Assembly (NCBI GenBank): GCA_049287485.1
Contig: JBAQFX010000232.1
Location: 2,918 to 66,917 of the forward strand
Reading direction: 5' to 3'
Length of the DNA: 64,000 bases
From: Anaerolineales bacterium
GTDB taxonomy: Bacteria; Chloroflexota; Anaerolineae; Anaerolineales; UBA4823
In this document: positions 9,152-18,446 of the stretch, in pieces
How the letters are laid out: every line of letters starts with the position of its first letter
How positions within the stretch are numbered: the first letter of the stretch is position 1
Program-made: the position numbers and the translations under genes
The notes under the pieces: model-generated
The model's database searches: none
What the model saw: only the letters and a program-made list of their open reading frames with translations
Told to the model about the DNA's origin: nothing

Positions 9152-9904
9152 ATGACCCGTAAACCATTGATCGGCCTCACCACCACCCGCATGCCCAACC
9201 CGGCGGGGCGTCCCGCGTTTGGCCTCAACGAGCCCTATGTACAATCCGTGATCAACGCCGGTGGCATCCCCGTGCTCATTCCCATGGACCTATCCAATGA
9301 TGACCTGGACGTCCTGCTCGACGGTTTGGACGGGATCCTTTTCACCGGTGGCTACGACATCGACCCACACCTGTATGGAAGCAAGCCCCAGCCCAAAGAT
9401 GAGGGCGTCGATATCGGCCGCGATCGCCTGGAGATACATCTGACCAGCAGGCTGATCCTGAGCTCCAAACCCTTCCTGGGTATTTGCCGTGGCTGCCAGC
9501 TGATCAACGTCGCTATGGGCGGCAGCCTGTACCAGCACCTGCCCGAGCAGCTGCCAGGCGCAATCCAGCATGATAACCATGATCAGCCCAGGGATTACCT
9601 AGCGCATTCCGTGACCATTGAGCCAGGCAGCACCCTGGCTAAGGTCCTCGCCAGCGAGCAGACCTTGGTCAACAGCCTGCATCACCAGGGTGTGCGGCGG
9701 CTTGCCTCAGGGCTCCAGACAACCGCTATATCCCCCGACGGTCTGGTGGAAGCATTCGAACTGCCCGGGCATCCATTCGCCCTGGCGGTACAATGGCACC
9801 CGGAGGAGCTGCAGGAGCATGAGGTCATGCGCAAGTTATTCCTGGCCTTTATTCAGGCATGCCAGCAGCCTGAACCGGTACACATAAAACAGGATAGCCT
9901 ATGA
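9152..9904 (+). CDS. gamma-glutamyl-gamma-aminobutyrate hydrolase family protein (peptidase C26, class I glutamine amidotransferase-like)
   Basis: GICRGCQLINVAMGG nucleophile-Cys motif, then SLHHQG and QWHPE. Confidence 0.75.
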   Translation: MTRKPLIGLTTTRMPNPAGRPAFGLNEPYVQSVINAGGIPVLIPMDLSNDDLDVLLDGLDGILFTGGYDIDPHLYGSKPQPKDEGVDIGRDRLEIHLTSRLILSSKPFLGICRGCQLINVAMGGSLYQHLPEQLPGAIQHDNHDQPRDYLAHSVTIEPGSTLAKVLASEQTLVNSLHHQGVRRLASGLQTTAISPDGLVEAFELPGHPFALAVQWHPEELQEHEVMRKLFLAFIQACQQPEPVHIKQDSL

Positions 9905-10365
9905 CGCAGAAGCACCACTTTCGTACCGTGATCGAGGATGCGGGAGGCGGAGGGGCTTACGTCACCATCCCCTTCGACGTCGAGCGGATATTTGGTAAGA
10001 AGCGCCCCAAGGTCAGGGCAACTATCGATGGGGAGACATATCGAGGCACCCTGGTGCGTATGGGTAGCCCGTACTACATGCTGATCGTGCTCAAGGAAAT
10101 CCGCCAGAAGATTGGCAAAAGCTTCGGCGATGAAGTCAGCATCGAGCTGGAGCAGGACCATGAGCCACGCCAGGTTGAGCTGCCCGCCGATCTGCAACAG
10201 GCTTTGCAGGCTATCCCCGCCGCACAAGCGGTTTTCGATCGCCTTTCTTACACGCACCAGAGAGAATATGTGCGCTGGATCACGGAAGCCAAACGTGAGC
10301 AGACCCGCCTGAGGCGTATCCAACAAACCATTGAAATGCTCATCCGGGGCAAACGTGGACACTAG
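9901..10365 (+). CDS. DUF1905 / YdeI-like domain protein
   Basis: VTIPFDVERIFGKKRPKVRATIDGETYRGTL (DUF1905-like) plus C-terminal YTHQREYVRWITEAK (YdeI-like). ATGA overlap with the upstream gene. Confidence 0.55.
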   Translation: MTQKHHFRTVIEDAGGGGAYVTIPFDVERIFGKKRPKVRATIDGETYRGTLVRMGSPYYMLIVLKEIRQKIGKSFGDEVSIELEQDHEPRQVELPADLQQALQAIPAAQAVFDRLSYTHQREYVRWITEAKREQTRLRRIQQTIEMLIRGKRGH

Positions 10366-11248
10366 GCAATTGCGACCCATCGGCATTTTTGATTCAGGCA
10401 TCGGCGGGCTGAGCGTGCTGCGGGCTGTCCGCCAGCTGCTAGCGGATGAACCACTGCTCTACCTGGCTGACCAGGCTCACGTGCCGTATGGCCCACGAAG
10501 TTTGGAGGAAGTGCGCCGCTTCTCGGAGGAGATCACGCGTTACCTGCTTGACCAGGGCGCCAGGCTGATCGTGGTGGCCTGTAACACGGCTTCGGCGGCG
10601 GCACTCAAATACCTGCGCACCACCTTCCCCGCGGTGTCCTTCGTAGGCATGGAACCGGCGGTCAAGCCCGCCGCCGAACACACCCGTAGTGGTGTGGTGG
10701 GTGTGCTGGCTACTCCCGCCACCTTCCAGGGCGCCCTGTATGCCTCCGTGGTGGAACGCTTTGGACGTGGCGTGAAGCTGCTGCAGCACACCTGTCCCGG
10801 CCTGGTGACCCAGATCGAGAAAGGCGAGCTTGAATCAGCCGAGACGCGGCGCATCCTGGAAGAAGCCCTGCAACCCATGCTGGCACAGGGTATCGACACG
10901 GTGGTGTTGGGCTGCACGCACTACCCGTTCGTCATCCCGCTCATCCAGCAGATCAGCGGGCCTGCTGTGCGGGTCATCGACCCGGCCCCAGCCGTGGCTC
11001 GACAGGTGCAACGCTTGCTGGTGGCCAGCCATTTCCTCGAGCCGGACGACCCCATGCGGGATGTCATTTTGCCCTGGCCACAACCTCTCCTGCAGATCAT
11101 CACCACGGGTGACCCGGCCCAGCTTGAGCGCATGCTACCCGACTTGCTCGGAGAAAAGGCGCCGGTGAGCTCACTCATCTGGAAGGCCGGCAGACTGATC
11201 TCACCAGGCGGCAACCCGGGGAGTTCTTTGCCATATAAATCCCATTGA
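10331..11248 (+). CDS. murI: glutamate racemase
   Basis: IGIFDSGIGGLSVL, VVACNTASA and LGCTHYP motifs. The start is uncertain (ATG 10331 or GTG 10355). Confidence 0.85.
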   Translation: MKCSSGANVDTRQLRPIGIFDSGIGGLSVLRAVRQLLADEPLLYLADQAHVPYGPRSLEEVRRFSEEITRYLLDQGARLIVVACNTASAAALKYLRTTFPAVSFVGMEPAVKPAAEHTRSGVVGVLATPATFQGALYASVVERFGRGVKLLQHTCPGLVTQIEKGELESAETRRILEEALQPMLAQGIDTVVLGCTHYPFVIPLIQQISGPAVRVIDPAPAVARQVQRLLVASHFLEPDDPMRDVILPWPQPLLQIITTGDPAQLERMLPDLLGEKAPVSSLIWKAGRLISPGGNPGSSLPYKSH

Positions 11249-11787
11249 GCCATTTCCGCCATCCGGGGTTGTGAGATTGAACTCAAGGGTTTTATCTTGC
11301 TGCCGCTGGTGTCCAGGATTATTCCTTAAATTTTTATCCATTCTTCTTGGTTGGTAGCTAATTAATGGCAGAGATGGCCTCAAAAGGCTGAATGGATTGC
11401 GGCAGTAAAAGATATAAGGGGGTCGCAGAGGCAGAAATCCGAATGTCTGAGGACTAAACGGTGACATTTGTTTCGCGAAAAAAAACGAATCGAAACAAAT
11501 ACGACCGAAGAAGAGGTTGGAAAGGACTAATGGAACGCAAAATGGTGAATAAAATATGATCGTGTTATAAAGATCAGTCATGATGAGTACCTATCGGGGA
11601 AGTTATTCGTGCTTGGTGCTTGGCATTTGGCATTTGTCTATCGACGGTAGTGAGTAATTACTCATTTTACCGGTAAAGACCAACCGGTATACAAATGCCT
11701 TTATTTTAAAAACCATATTTATTACAGGCATTCTATAATCGCTCGTAAAAAACACTCGCGATACTGCGTCGCATATCGCTCCTTGAT

Positions 11788-11866
11788 GTAATTACTCACG
11801 CCCCCACCCCTTTCTCCCCTCCCCCATTTACAAAACCATAAATGGGTGAGGGGAAATCTTTCGAAA
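11788..11866 (+). repeat. dispersed intergenic repeat (GTAATTACTCAC + C-rich/G-rich hairpin family), copy B
   Basis: GTAATTACTCACGCCCCCACCCCTTTCTCCCCTCCCCCATTTA-caaaacca-TAAATGGGTGAGGGGAAATCTTTCGAA, with a hairpin at 11816-11830/11839-11853. Confidence 0.6.
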
Positions 11867-12213
11867 AACAGGCGTTCTTGGGGAGTGTAACCAGTAGGGA
11901 AGCCATTTTTTCGATCAATTTCGAACTGATTAGAGCAGGAACGCTGAAAATTCCGGTCAAAGGTGAGTAGTTATATTCTAATTATAGCACAAATGTTCTA
12001 ATCCACAAGAGTTTTACAGGAAAGTCGCAAACTTTTAAGATTTCTCATAAATGCCCAGCCAGGAAGAAAGTTAAGTTCCTAGTTCAGCGAAAGTGATGGT
12101 TTGCCGGTGGAGATCGCCACCAACCCATAAAGACATCATCCATTAAATTCACTCTCTTCATGGTTAGCACGAAAGTATAATAGGGAAATAACATTCAAAG
12201 GGAGGAATCATTC

Positions 12214-12756
12214 ATGGCAAATACTATCAAGATCAACCGTGCCCCAGTGCTCACTTTGTGGGGTGTTATCGTGGCCGAAAGGCTTGGGTATGACCATGAT
12301 GAAGCCCTGACGTTGGGAAAAGCGGTGGCGGGGTTGAACGCCCAATCCAAAGGCCAGCGCCTGGGCATTTATTCTCCGGCAGAAAAAGAGCTGGATAAGA
12401 AACGCGGCGAGAAAGCTAAAGAGCGCCAGGCAGGAGAGACACTCCTGGTCGAAGTGGTTGGCAGGTCAGTCCCGGTGGTACAAACGGAACACGGGCTGCG
12501 AGCAACGGCAAAGGGTGAAGAAATCGATCCAAAAAGCGTCGAGCGTTACCTGGAGAAGAAGTTTGGCGTATCGCTGGCCGAGACGCAGGCGGCGCTCGAA
12601 GCCCTGGCGCAGGCTTATACGCCCCAAGACCTGGAGCGTGCTGCTTATAGGCTTTACGAGCGCTTCCGCCCTGAGATCCCCGATGGGGTGCGCGGCTGGG
12701 GGGCGGCAGGTGAGCTCAACCTGGAGCGCATCCACAATCTGGCGAAAAAAGGATAA
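12214..12756 (+). CDS. hypothetical protein
   Basis: 180-aa ORF with a strong RBS (AAAGGGAGG) 8 nt upstream. No family recognised. Its last codons overlap the end of the integrase remnant. Confidence 0.6.
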   Translation: MANTIKINRAPVLTLWGVIVAERLGYDHDEALTLGKAVAGLNAQSKGQRLGIYSPAEKELDKKRGEKAKERQAGETLLVEVVGRSVPVVQTEHGLRATAKGEEIDPKSVERYLEKKFGVSLAETQAALEALAQAYTPQDLERAAYRLYERFRPEIPDGVRGWGAAGELNLERIHNLAKKG

Positions 12757-12970
12757 GAAGCAAGGCCTAGTTTTGAGTTGATGCGGCGACTTTTTTCTTG
12801 ACAGCCAAATGGGTGAGAAATTATTCGATCTCTAGGTCTCTCATTTCATTCGGGTGGCGTTTGTTTTGGAACGGGATGTATTGTTTGATCCAATATAGAT
12901 ACGATTTCTCAGTCCGGTATACGTAATTCTTTAACCGCAGCTGATCGCGGACCTAATCAAGGAGTCTTTT
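12745..12970 (-). pseudogene. integron-integrase-like tyrosine recombinase, N-terminal remnant with three in-frame stops, 3' part deleted
   Basis: The minus-strand frame reads KRLLD*VRDQLRLKNYVYRTEKSYLYWIKQYIPFQNKRHPNEMRDLEIE*FLTHLAVKKKVAASTQN*ALLLILF. Stops lie at 12955-12953 (TAG), 12823-12821 (TAA) and 12769-12767 (TAG). There is no frameshift. Homology stops near 12745. Confidence 0.75.
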
Positions 12971-13097
12971 TTTGGTGGATGAATGCCAGCCTCGATGTAT
13001 AATATTTATTAGGCCTGTATATAGATATATATACCGCAAGGTGGCGTGTTATACATTCGTTGAACTAAGCGCTGCATATCAGAAAAAGAGAAAGACC

Positions 13098-13604
13098 ATG
13101 TTGAAAAAAACATCGCTTTTACTGATAACAATTTTCTTATTAGCGTTTCCAGGTTGCCAGTCTACCAAAAATGAAAATTTTTCTATTTATCTTCTTGCTC
13201 AAGATATTCCCGCTACGAAATTATCGCAAGGCGACATCGACCAGTTAATCCTTAAAAGCGAACCTATCATATCCAGCGATGACATTATTTCCTATGACGC
13301 AACCAATCACGTCATGGAACTCACTCAAGCAGCATACACCCGCGTTCAACAAATGCCAGTCAAAGTGGACGGTATTCCCTTTGTGGTTTGTGTTGGTAAC
13401 GAACGCATTTATATTGGTGCTTTATGGACATCAATTTCATCTCTCAGTTACGATGGTGTTGTGATCATACAGCCGGTTGAGGCAAAACCGACAACTGTTC
13501 AAATTGCCTTGGGATATCCCGTATCAGACTTTTTTAAAGGTAGCGACCCAAGAGCAGATTCTAGGATCATCAAAGCCTTAGAACAAGATAAAAAGTTAAA
13601 ATAG
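13098..13604 (+). CDS. cassette 1: hypothetical lipoprotein
   Basis: MLKKTSLLLITIFLLAFPGCQ signal peptide with lipobox. ATG 13098 is used; the track start 12972 is a non-ATG extension into the attI region. Confidence 0.65.
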   Translation: MLKKTSLLLITIFLLAFPGCQSTKNENFSIYLLAQDIPATKLSQGDIDQLILKSEPIISSDDIISYDATNHVMELTQAAYTRVQQMPVKVDGIPFVVCVGNERIYIGALWTSISSLSYDGVVIIQPVEAKPTTVQIALGYPVSDFFKGSDPRADSRIIKALEQDKKLK

Positions 13605-13633
13605 AATGGCTTTGTTGCACCGAAGCAAGCCAC

Positions 13634-13754
13634 CCACAACGTACACCAGACGGGGCTAACGCCCCGCAGGTATTGTGCGCGATTTGGAAGAAATGGCGCG
13701 ATAATATCGAGTAGGTTTGCCAATCCACCCCGCCGGTGACGCAAACCGTTGGAC
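13634..13754 (+). repeat. attC-like recombination site 1
   Basis: 5' CCACAAC-GTACACCAGACGGGG and 3' CCCCGCCGGTGACGCAAACC-GTTGGAC. The ends are imperfectly complementary with unpaired bases. Confidence 0.6.
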
Positions 13755-13783
13755 GGCTGGAGCATTTATGATTGATGTGAAAT

Positions 13784-14989
13784 ATGAAAAAGAATGTTAA
13801 CGCTTTCATCATATCATCGACGATTGTCTTGATTTTATTTGCATGTACCCCCCAACATGGGCAAGTTTCATCAACTGCAACGAAGATAGTTGAGATTTCC
13901 CGCACACCCACTATTCCACCCAAAGAAGAGCCAACAACAACACCATCTACCATAACATTGCCACCCAACTCTCAGGACCCCGTCTCTTTTCCCCTCGCAG
14001 AGCGCGGTCCATACTTTACAGGCAATCGAGTATATACCTTCGTTGATGATAGTCGGAATGGGCGGAAGATCGAGATCCAAATATATTATCCGGCTTTGAA
14101 GGAAGCCAATGATGTAGGAGAAACAATTACCAACAACGCTACTCCTGATATGAGCGGCGCACCTTACCCACTAATCCTCACCGGAACGAACTCGGGGAAC
14201 TATCTATTCAAGTCACATCTTGCTTCGTATGGATTTGTGATGGTAATCGTACATTCTCCAGGTTTTTCCTATGTAGCTCCCTGGAACAATTCGGTGATAG
14301 ATGCACCGCTTGACTTTCTGTTCGTTTTGGAAAGGTTAACCTCCCATCCTCCCGAAGGCTTAGATGATGTTCTGGACACCAATCGGGTAGGGGTGGCGGG
14401 ATATTCCTCAGATGGTCTCTTTTCCCTGGCCCTTGGCGGAGCCCGGATTAACCCGGAGTATTATTTCTCCCAATGCGCTCAGGCTCCTACCCTGGATGCC
14501 CCCCTGAGTCCATTTTTAATAGATTATTTCTGCAGATTATCGGAAAGATGGGATGAATTTACTACGCAGGTGGGTGCAGAAATCTCAACGGTTTCTGAGG
14601 GACTGTGGCAGCCCACAACGGATGATCGGATCCTGGCGGTTATGCCCATGGCTCCTGATTCGGCCTGGTTATACGGAGCTGAAGGATTGGCTGCGATAAA
14701 AATTCCTTCCCTGATTATTGCGGGGACAGCCGATGATCTTGTTTCGTATAAGATGACATCCTGTTATGTTTATGAGCATCTTGTGAACTCTGATAAGATT
14801 TTAATTTCCTTTATCGGTAAGCAGCACATGATGGTGGAACAGAGTGAAGTAATACGCCGCATAAATCATTTTACGGTCGCGTTTTTTGGATATTATTTGC
14901 AGGACCACACAGAATATGCTGACTATTTTTCGGAAGATTACATCTCACAGTTTAACGATCTGTTCTGGGGCGTGTATTCGGATGAGTAA
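13784..14989 (+). CDS. cassette 2: secreted lipoprotein, alpha/beta-hydrolase-like
   Basis: MKKNVNAFIISSTIVLILFACT lipobox. VGVAGYSSDG is a nucleophile-elbow-like motif. The start lies 30 nt after the attC1 GTT core. Confidence 0.55.
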   Translation: MKKNVNAFIISSTIVLILFACTPQHGQVSSTATKIVEISRTPTIPPKEEPTTTPSTITLPPNSQDPVSFPLAERGPYFTGNRVYTFVDDSRNGRKIEIQIYYPALKEANDVGETITNNATPDMSGAPYPLILTGTNSGNYLFKSHLASYGFVMVIVHSPGFSYVAPWNNSVIDAPLDFLFVLERLTSHPPEGLDDVLDTNRVGVAGYSSDGLFSLALGGARINPEYYFSQCAQAPTLDAPLSPFLIDYFCRLSERWDEFTTQVGAEISTVSEGLWQPTTDDRILAVMPMAPDSAWLYGAEGLAAIKIPSLIIAGTADDLVSYKMTSCYVYEHLVNSDKILISFIGKQHMMVEQSEVIRRINHFTVAFFGYYLQDHTEYADYFSEDYISQFNDLFWGVYSDE

Positions 14990-15017
14990 TCTATTCATGT
15001 GATGATATTTCATTGCT

Positions 15018-15139
15018 GCCCAACACAGCGTCCACTGGACAGCGGGGATTCGTCACCGTTTTTGCGTATTTTTCTAATTTCGAGTTTTCTCTGCTCCCTA
15101 ACATTGTCCACGCCCGCCCGGTAACGTAATTCGATAGCC
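15018..15139 (+). repeat. attC-like recombination site 2 (3' core GAT instead of GTT)
   Basis: GCCCAAC-ACA-GCGTCCAC ... GTCCACGCCCGCCCGGTAACGTAATTC-GATAGCC. Confidence 0.6.
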
Positions 15140-15162
15140 GACATTATGATGGAGAATGAGCT

Positions 15163-15654
15163 ATGACATCAGAGAGCGTGTTTTACTATCTTGCCACCTG
15201 GAGCGTTATTGGTTTCATAGCTTTCAGCGCCTATGTATTTGTGGTTTTTAGAACCGGACTCGCATATACCGCCAGAAAACAGGATGGCACCATGAAGGAG
15301 CACATTCCCCTTAGCGGCTATATCAATATGTTTGTATTGCACATCACGATCATAGCTTTCCAATATTTAGCCAATTATCTCGGGCTGGCACGTGAAAATG
15401 TTGCCATCAGTTTTCTCTCGCTTTTCCTGCTCAATTTCAGTCACTATTTTTTTCTCTTCGTATTCGATAGTGTGGTCATTGATGGCTTGGTGCTTTCGGT
15501 GTGGCGACCCAAGTTCTTACATCTGCCCAGTGCCCTTGGTAGTGGGTCGATGAAAAAGCATATCCTGATATCTATTCCTGTGGGTATAGCCGCCGGAATA
15601 ATTTTGACAACGGCAAGTACAACCATCTCCTATTTCACGCTGTTTCGTGCCTGA
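15163..15654 (+). CDS. cassette 3: hypothetical integral membrane protein
   Basis: 163 aa with several long hydrophobic segments. GGAG lies 8 nt upstream. The start lies 24 nt after the attC2 core. Confidence 0.55.
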   Translation: MTSESVFYYLATWSVIGFIAFSAYVFVVFRTGLAYTARKQDGTMKEHIPLSGYINMFVLHITIIAFQYLANYLGLARENVAISFLSLFLLNFSHYFFLFVFDSVVIDGLVLSVWRPKFLHLPSALGSGSMKKHILISIPVGIAAGIILTTASTTISYFTLFRA

Positions 15655-15702
15655 TTCAGATTTATTTGTATGATGATTTGGAGAGTATTTTTGCAGTATG
15701 GT

Positions 15703-15832
15703 TCCTAACACCGCGTGCACCCGATTGGTGGGATTCGTCCTGCTAAGTAAAGTTGATTCTGACTTGAGCATCTCCCGCTATAATGAGCATTGTCCACGCC
15801 AGCCCCAGCGTCAGTGACGTAAACCGTTAGCC
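15703..15832 (+). repeat. attC-like recombination site 3
   Basis: TCCTAAC-ACC-GCGTGCAC ... GTCCACGCCAGCCCCAGCGTCAGTGACGTAAACC-GTTAGCC. CCTAAC/GTTAGC and CGTGCAC/GTGACG pair with one unpaired G. Confidence 0.65.
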
Positions 15833-15914
15833 CGTTCATTGTATACAAAGATGGGCCTGAGAGATTTGTGACCTGCGAGTGGATAGATTCCTGCTCGAAT
15901 ACACATGCAAACCC

Positions 15915-15945
15915 TTGACTTGGAGTCGACTCCAGGTGTTAGACT
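15915..15945 (+). promoter_or_regulatory. MerR-type promoter: -35 TTGACT, 19-nt spacer containing the perfect palindrome TGGAGTCGACTCCA, -10 TAGACT
   Basis: TTGACT at 15915-15920, spacer at 15921-15939 (19 nt), TAGACT at 15940-15945, and the 14-bp dyad at 15921-15934. It sits 62 nt upstream of ORF 16008. Confidence 0.6.
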
Positions 15946-16007
15946 CTCGTTCGAGACAAAGGCGGCAAGCATAAAATACAGCGACACAGCATCAACATAA
16001 GCAGATA

Positions 16008-16394
16008 ATGTTGCAAAATCTAAAATCGGAACAAGAAATAATCAATCTCTCTAAGGAGAAATGGCGCTGGATGTCAGAGCGCAATATAGATTTGCTGGAT
16101 GCTCTATTTCATGAAAAGGCTGTCTTTGTCCATATGGGCGGAAGCATTTCCAAGGAACAGGAACTCGATGTCATCAGAAGTGGCGGGATTCATTACAAGG
16201 ATGTGGATATCCAGGAAGCGTCGGTGCGTTTTATTGGCACGACAACTGCCATCCTTTTGAACAAAATTCGTCTGGTGGCTGTTGTTGGCGGCAATGAAGT
16301 CACCAATCCCTTCATGGTTACAGAAGTGTATGTGCAGCAAAGCGGTACCTGGACGTTAGCCTCACTCTCGTTCACCAGGCTACTTAACCCATAG
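16008..16394 (+). CDS. cassette 4 gene 1: nuclear transport factor 2 (SnoaL/DUF4440-like) family protein
   Basis: 128 aa. The pattern ...EKWRWMSERNIDLLDALFHEKAVFVHMGG...TEVYVQQSGTWTLASLSFTRL is typical of DUF4440/SnoaL-like cone-shaped folds. Confidence 0.55.
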   Translation: MLQNLKSEQEIINLSKEKWRWMSERNIDLLDALFHEKAVFVHMGGSISKEQELDVIRSGGIHYKDVDIQEASVRFIGTTTAILLNKIRLVAVVGGNEVTNPFMVTEVYVQQSGTWTLASLSFTRLLNP

Positions 16395-16406
16395 CGACAC
16401 CATTAA

Positions 16407-17282
<876 letters not shown>

Positions 17283-17319
17283 CCCCACAGCGAAGGAGGT
17301 CACTTTCAAGCAAAAGGCA

Positions 17320-17448
17320 GGCTAACAAAGCGTGCACCTGATGTTGGGGATTCTGCGGCATTTTCAAGCATTTTTCTGGCTTCGAGTTTTTTCTGCTCCC
17401 AAACAGAGTCCACGCCAGCCCCAGCGCAGATAACACAAGCCGTTGAAG
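17320..17448 (+). repeat. attC-like recombination site 4
   Basis: GGCTAAC-AAA-GCGTGCAC ... GTCCACGCCAGCCCCAGCGCAGATAACACAAGCC-GTTGAAG. The centre is nearly the same as attC2. The array ends 8 nt before the convergent CYTH gene. Confidence 0.6.
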
Positions 17449-17455
17449 GGGATTC

Positions 17456-18082
17456 CTACCCCTCGTCCGCCGGACTGACCCCCATCGCCTCAGGCGTGAC
17501 GGCTATCCCCTTGAAGTTCTCGAAGCTCAGATCGCGGAAATCTAAACCCAAGCTTGCCCGCGTGCGCTCGAACAAGACGGTATAGCTATCCAGGATGCGC
17601 CTGTCCCAATTCAACCCTAAGAGATTGGCTGCTTTGTGGATGCTCTCGCCATCCGGCCCTTCGATCTCGATGAAATCACCGGTGGGCATCTCGTCCAGCA
17701 CCACTTCCAGCTCTCCCAGCTGGTAGGTGGTGCGGTACTTCTCATACATCAGGTAGACCTGGTAACCCAGGGCTTCGAACAGCTTGAGCGCAGTATCAAA
17801 ATCGGAGACGGTGAACTCCAGCTCCTGGCGCAGGCGTGCCCCGCCCACTTCGCTGCCCGGCCCCTTGTACGTGACCCGGGCGCGTGCATCCTGGCGCAAG
17901 CGCAACAGCCTGCCGCTGGACGACAAAGAAAGCTCAGGGGTATCCAGGCGCAGGTTGAGCTCATGCACGCGGGGTGCACTCACCCTCGCCAGGCCGTCCA
18001 GTTTCGCTTCCATGTCTTTACGCCTGGAAAGGTAGAACTTGACCTCTAATTCTTCATCTTGAGATAACTCTTTTTCATTCAT
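17456..18082 (-). CDS. CYTH domain protein (class IV adenylate cyclase / triphosphatase family)
   Basis: N-terminal ELEVKF (ExExK signature); 208 aa. Confidence 0.7.
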   Translation of the reverse strand: MNEKELSQDEELEVKFYLSRRKDMEAKLDGLARVSAPRVHELNLRLDTPELSLSSSGRLLRLRQDARARVTYKGPGSEVGGARLRQELEFTVSDFDTALKLFEALGYQVYLMYEKYRTTYQLGELEVVLDEMPTGDFIEIEGPDGESIHKAANLLGLNWDRRILDSYTVLFERTRASLGLDFRDLSFENFKGIAVTPEAMGVSPADEG

Positions 18083-18174
18083 AATGGACCAGGTAATATG
18101 TGAGAGTTAATAACTGACCTGCGGATAAAAGTTCGGACTTTATTGAAAATCACTTGTCATTGCAAGCCGCAAGT

Positions 18175-18246
18175 GGTCACCTGCACGATATTTGTGCGGG
18201 TCACCTGCACGATTTTTGTGCGGGTCACCTGCACGATTTTTGTGCG
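18175..18246. repeat. tandem repeat, 3 x 24 bp (GGTCACCTGCACGAT(A/T)TTTGTGCG)
   Basis: Units at 18175-18198, 18199-18222 and 18223-18246. Units 2 and 3 are identical; unit 1 differs by one base. Confidence 0.9.
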
Positions 18247-18446
18247 GCTCTTCGCGCGAGGCGGCAACCTGCTAGAAGGATTGGAGACTGCTTCGCTTCG
18301 CGCATAGTGACAAGCGGATGAGGGTTTGTCCAAATTTTCGTCTGAAGCTGAGAAAATAATAGATTCTTAGCACTGCTCATGATTAATCCCGTTTCTTAGC
18401 TTAATAACCTTTGTGTCCCTTGTGTCCTTTGTGATTATTTTTAGCG

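Noticed and set aside
11201-11581. 126-aa minus-strand ORF in the murI-downstream gap.
   Set aside because: The translation (…FFFAKQMSPFSPQTFGFLPLRPPYIFYCRNPFSLLRPSLPLISYQ…) looks like random AT-rich sequence. There is no RBS, and the ORF overlaps the end of murI.
12972-13097. N-terminal extension of the cassette-1 ORF given by the ORF track (non-ATG start at 12972).
   Set aside because: The extension runs through the integrase-remnant/attI region. The internal ATG at 13098 gives a canonical lipoprotein signal peptide.
18175-18246. Possible CRISPR array.
   Set aside because: The three 24-bp units are directly abutting with no spacers, and no cas genes are nearby. It is a simple tandem repeat.
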